Of a stretch of 64,000 bases of DNA, positions 60,517 to 64,000 are shown piece after piece. The position numbers were made by a program, and so were the translations under genes. How positions within the stretch are numbered: position 1 is the stretch's first letter; every line of letters begins with the position of its first letter. Origin of the DNA: an uncultured Gemmatimonadales bacterium (GTDB taxonomy: Bacteria; Gemmatimonadota; Gemmatimonadetes; Palauibacterales; Palauibacteraceae). The notes below the pieces were generated by a model that did no database searches, was not told the DNA's origin, and worked only from the letters and a program-made list of their open reading frames with translations. The stretch is from contig CAWANJ010000001.1 of assembly GCA_963783385.1 (NCBI GenBank), positions 128,001 through 192,000 of the forward strand. Direction: 5' to 3'.

Positions 60517-61032
60517 CTACCCCTCGTCGTCGCCTTCGTCGCCTTGGAACATGTCCACCTGACCTACGGCCTCGTAGCCGGCCCGGCGAACGAGCTCCCG
60601 GATCTCCTCCATGAACTCCGTGGTGTCCTGGAAGTTTCGGTATACGGAGGCGAAGCGCACGAAGGCCACCTGGTCGAGGCTCCGGAGCCGGGTCATGACC
60701 AGCTCGCCGATGCGGAGGCTGTCCACCTCGCGGTCGTCCGCGGCCTCGAGCGTGGACTCGACCTCGTCGACCAACGCCTCGATCTCCGACCGTGACACGG
60801 GTCGCTTGGCACAGGCGATCCGGATGCTCTCCAGCAGCTTGCCGCGTTCGAACGGCTCGCTGCTGGCGTCGCGCTTACGGACGGTGAGGGGCTCCTCCTC
60901 CACCTGCTCGTAGGTGGTGAAGCGTCGGCCGCAGCGCGCGCACTCGCGCCGGCGTCGGATGGCCCGCCCCCCACGGCTCAGGCGCGAGTCGACCACCCGG
61001 CTGTCCGGGTGTTGGCAGCCCGGACACAGCAC
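60517..61032 (-). CDS. nrdR: Transcriptional repressor NrdR
   Basis: 'CPGC...SRVVDSR...RRRRECARCGRRFTTYE', ATP cone, 'VRFASVY'. Confidence 0.97.
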   Translation of the reverse strand: MLCPGCQHPDSRVVDSRLSRGGRAIRRRRECARCGRRFTTYEQVEEEPLTVRKRDASSEPFERGKLLESIRIACAKRPVSRSEIEALVDEVESTLEAADDREVDSLRIGELVMTRLRSLDQVAFVRFASVYRNFQDTTEFMEEIRELVRRAGYEAVGQVDMFQGDEGDDEG

Positions 61033-61081
61033 GACTCAGGGCCTCGAGGCGGTTCCGCCGGGGGAGGGGGCGCGAGTCACG

Positions 61082-61915
61082 TCAACCCTTGAGCTTCCCG
61101 AGCTGCTGGCGCGCCAGGCCCGCTTCGTCGCTGTCGGGATAGCCGCGCACGACGCGGGAGAAGTACGTGCGCGCATCCTGGACGTTGCCACGCTGGAGCT
61201 CCAGGAGACCGCTCTTGTAGAGGGCCGCCGGCGCGCGACGCGAGTTCGGGTACAGCTGGAGGACGCGGGCGTACGCGTCCAGCGCCTTCTCCGGCTGCGA
61301 CTGCTGTGCGTAGGTCTCGCCGATGTAGTACTGCGCGTCGGGAGCGAGCTGGTGGTCCGGGTACCGCTGCAGGAAGGCCTCCAGGCCCGAGCGCGCCGTC
61401 CCGTACGCCCCGCGCCGATACTGCTGCATGGCCGTCTGGTAGAGCTGCCCGGCCTGGCCTACCGAGGCGCTCGTGTCCGCGGAGGTGCCGGTCGGCGTCT
61501 CCTGCTCGCCGCCCGCCGCACCTCCGCCGGCGGGTTGAGACGTCACAGAGCCACCGGACGTGTCCGCTCCCGCGGTCCCGCCCCGGCCCTGGAGCCCCGC
61601 CAGCATGCGCTGGTTCTGTCCGACCAGGGCCATGACCTGGGATAGCTGGTCCTGAAGCGACTGGAAGCGGCGGGCCAGCTCCCCGCGTCCGGTGAGCGAT
61701 GCCTGGTCGCGCTGACCCAGGGTGTCCAGGAGGACCTCCCGGAGCTGATTCATGCTGGCCGTCAGGGAATCCTGACGCGCGCGCAGAGCGTGCATTTCCG
61801 CCAGCATGGTGGCCTCCATGTCCTGCACGTCGCTCTTGGAGGCGCACGCCGGGAGGAGGGCGACGGCCAGGACCGTCAGCCACCTCCTCCGGAGCCCCGC
61901 TCCGGGCCTCCTCAC
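61082..61915 (-). CDS. cpoB: Tol-Pal system protein YbgF/CpoB
   Basis: Lipobox-like LPAC, coiled coil, three TPRs ('YPDHQLAPDAQYYIGE', 'YPNS..AP.ALYK', 'YPDS'); follows pal. Confidence 0.9.
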   Translation of the reverse strand: MRRPGAGLRRRWLTVLAVALLPACASKSDVQDMEATMLAEMHALRARQDSLTASMNQLREVLLDTLGQRDQASLTGRGELARRFQSLQDQLSQVMALVGQNQRMLAGLQGRGGTAGADTSGGSVTSQPAGGGAAGGEQETPTGTSADTSASVGQAGQLYQTAMQQYRRGAYGTARSGLEAFLQRYPDHQLAPDAQYYIGETYAQQSQPEKALDAYARVLQLYPNSRRAPAALYKSGLLELQRGNVQDARTYFSRVVRGYPDSDEAGLARQQLGKLKG

Positions 61916-61919
61916 AGCG

Positions 61920-62615
61920 TCAGTCCTGCGAGCCGGAAGCCGACAGGTTCTGGATCACGAAATCGTCACGCCGGTTCATGGCCCACGCCTGTTCGTTCTG
62001 CCCCTGCGCGATCGGCCGCTCCTCTCCGAAGCTGATCGTGGACAGGCGATCCGGCGAGATGCCCAGACTGACCAGGTATTTCCTGACCGACTCGGCTCGA
62101 CGCTGACCCAACGCGAGGTTGTACTCGTTCGAGCCGCGGTCGTCGCAGTTGCCCTGGATCTGGATCTTGAAGTTGGCATACTGCCGCAGCGCCTGCGCCT
62201 TGCGCTGAAGGACCTGTGCCGACTGGTCCGTGATGTTCGACTTGTCGAAGTCGAAGTGGACTCGCTGGGCGATGATCTCGATCCCGTCCAGTCGCTGCAG
62301 CTCGGACGCCGCGCGATCCCCACACGCCGTGCCGGGATACTGGCTCTGAGCCTGCTTGTAGAGGGAGCGGGCCTGGTCGTAATTGCCGGCCGTGATCGCC
62401 GCCAGGGCTCGATTGCAGAGCTCGGCCGACGCCTGGTCGCGCTGCTGCGCTCGACGCAGGGAGTCGGCTCGTGCGATCGAGTCCTCACGCGCGCGGGCGG
62501 CCGCCAGGGAGTCCTGGTTCACCTGGGGCCCCTGCTGCGGGGGCGGATTGCCGCCGCAGGCCACGGCGGCGGCCAGGACGAGGACCAGCGGGCTCAGTCG
62601 AAGGCTGCGACGCAT
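61920..62615 (-). CDS. pal: Peptidoglycan-associated lipoprotein with an extra helical insert
   Basis: Lipobox AVAC; OmpA domain 'VHFDFDKS...GNCDDRGSNEYNLALGQRRA...SFGEERP...NRR'. Confidence 0.93.
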   Translation of the reverse strand: MRRSLRLSPLVLVLAAAVACGGNPPPQQGPQVNQDSLAAARAREDSIARADSLRRAQQRDQASAELCNRALAAITAGNYDQARSLYKQAQSQYPGTACGDRAASELQRLDGIEIIAQRVHFDFDKSNITDQSAQVLQRKAQALRQYANFKIQIQGNCDDRGSNEYNLALGQRRAESVRKYLVSLGISPDRLSTISFGEERPIAQGQNEQAWAMNRRDDFVIQNLSASGSQD

Positions 62616-62711
62616 GGCAGGCTCCTTTCGGTGTTGATGCCGGGTCCGGTCGGCCCGGTCGGGGCCCGGAATCCCGGCCTATCGAACTCTTCCACTCGTA
62701 CGCGTTCGGTC

Positions 62712-62740
62712 AAGCTATGCGGCGCGAGGGTCCTTGCCAA
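62712..62740 (-). promoter_or_regulatory. Possible internal promoter for pal
   Basis: TTGGCA, 17-bp spacer, TAGCTT in the tolB-pal gap. Confidence 0.45.
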
Positions 62741-62787
62741 CCGGCTCGCCCGCGCCCTCCACGCCGTCGTCGCGGCGCCGCCGCCGA

Positions 62788-64000
62788 CTAGGGCCTCCCG
62801 GCCCCGATCGGGCCCGACCACGCCGGCATCTGGTCGATGTGGTTCTCCGCGAGGCGTCGCACCCGCCCGGTCACCGTGTCGAGCACCCAGAGCGCGTGAT
62901 AGCCCTCGCGGGTGGACGAGAACACAATGTGGCGGCCGTCCGGCGCGAACGCCGGGTCCTCGTTGGACCCCTTCAATGTCAGGACCCGCCGATCCGACCC
63001 GTCCGGATTGACGGTCACGATCTGGAACACCCCGTCCACCCAGCCCTGATAGACGATCCGGTCCCCGCGCGGCGACCAGTCCGGTGAGGTCGCGTAACCC
63101 TGCTCGCCGTAGACGTAGCGGCTGATGAGCCCTGGCCCGCCCCCGTCGATGTTCTGCACGAACACCTGGGGCTGGCCCAGCGAGGTGGACGTGTAGGCGA
63201 TCCGCTGCCCGTCGGGGGAGTAGCTGGGGTTCAGCGCGTCCCCAGGGTCCGTGAAGGTGATGCGCCGGGCGCCGGAGAGGCTTGCCGCATCGAGCTCGAA
63301 GATGTCCGTGCCCCCTCCCCCGACCGTCCGGGCCACCGCGATCTTCGCGCCATCCGGGCGGAACACGGGGGTGAGGTTGACGCCGGGCACGGCCGAGACG
63401 GTGCGGCGCCGTCCGCTCGCGAGGCCGAGCTCGTAGGCCTCCGGCCTGCCGCTCACGTAGGAGACGAACAGGAGCTCCGTCCCGTCGGGAGAGAAGGCCG
63501 GAGAGTAGACGATGCTGCTGTCGTGGGTGACGCGGTGGAGGTCGGAGCCGTCGCTGTCGATCATGTACAGATCCGACGCCCCGTCACCCTCCTTGCGGCG
63601 GAAGGCGATGCGCGTCGCGGCCATGCCGCTCTCGCCGGTGGCCCAGTTCACCACGGAGTCGGCGATCCGGTGTACCGCCATTCGGAGAGCCTCGCCGTGG
63701 TCGGCGGGGAGCGTGAACGCCTGGACGTTACGAAGGTTTCCGTACACGACGTCGTGCAGGCTGACGCGCAGCAGCGGCCGGTCGGCGGGGCCCTGGAGCT
63801 GCGTGGCCACCAGCCACACCGCGCCGAGCTGGTTCCACAGGCCGTAGTTGATGGCCCCACTGGTATGCAGGGAATCCGGAACGGGGAGGATGTCGAAGCG
63901 GTCGGAATAGTCCAGGTCGCGGCGCAGGATCGTGTCGACGCTCGCTGCGACCGTCGCCAGGTCGCTCCCCGTGCCTCCCAGGGTCGACGGGGGAAGCGCC
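62788..64000 (-). CDS. tolB: TolB, 5' end outside the window
   Basis: 'DLDYSDRF', 'VHRIAD...TG..G.A.TRIAF', PD40 repeats 'SPAFSPDG', 'PSYSPDG', 'PDWSPRG'; upstream of pal. Confidence 0.92.
   Translation of the reverse strand, partial: ALPPSTLGGTGSDLATVAASVDTILRRDLDYSDRFDILPVPDSLHTSGAINYGLWNQLGAVWLVATQLQGPADRPLLRVSLHDVVYGNLRNVQAFTLPADHGEALRMAVHRIADSVVNWATGESGMAATRIAFRRKEGDGASDLYMIDSDGSDLHRVTHDSSIVYSPAFSPDGTELLFVSYVSGRPEAYELGLASGRRRTVSAVPGVNLTPVFRPDGAKIAVARTVGGGGTDIFELDAASLSGARRITFTDPGDALNPSYSPDGQRIAYTSTSLGQPQVFVQNIDGGGPGLISRYVYGEQGYATSPDWSPRGDRIVYQGWVDGVFQIVTVNPDGSDRRVLTLKGSNEDPAFAPDGRHIVFSSTREGYHALWVLDTVTGRVRRLAENHIDQMPAWSGPIGAGRP

Noticed and set aside
1-64000. Many long overlapping or antisense ORFs (e.g. 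951..2024+, 6572..8323-, 30820..33516+, 57374..60136+, 52521..54950+)
   Set aside because: Shadow frames of real genes in high-GC DNA; Arg/Pro/Gly-rich with no recognisable motifs.

Overview
High-GC (about 70% by eye) bacterial chromosome segment. Gene content and style (SusC/SusD pairs, plug-only TonB protein, LptD-like protein, long acidic TPR proteins) suggest Gemmatimonadota; this is inferred, not tested. The left part (1-16.7 kb) is an accessory-looking locus: two paralogous SusC/SusD importer pairs flank an operon of a small RskA-like exported protein, a multicopper oxidase and a His-rich LVIVD-type beta-propeller, followed by a YheT hydrolase and a GntR/FCD regulator. Divergent sigma70-like promoters overlapped by GTATAC-centred palindromes drive the first SusCD pair and the oxidase operon. 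The middle (16.7-31.8 kb) holds mixed stress, redox and signalling genes (trxC, PhzF, ArsB-type permease, EVE, LemA-DUF2207, peroxiredoxin, APH-AAA fusion, GAF-GAF-GGDEF, phhB, GT4, GCS2-CBS fusion, Glu dehydrogenase). The right part (31.9-64 kb) is mostly minus-strand core genes: tolB-pal-cpoB-nrdR-tatC-lptD-hutH, two tandem TPR paralogues, polyprenyl synthase, tatA, SurA/PpiD, and TPR-aroQ-M24-efp-accB-accC-comB-ftsK-lolA-hemL-spoIID-Gfo-lnt. At least six genes carry frameshifts, including ftsK and hemL; these are most likely long-read assembly errors, and three fall exactly on TCGA. No rRNA, tRNA, CRISPR array or mobile element was recognised. All calls come from motif recognition by eye; no database search was run.
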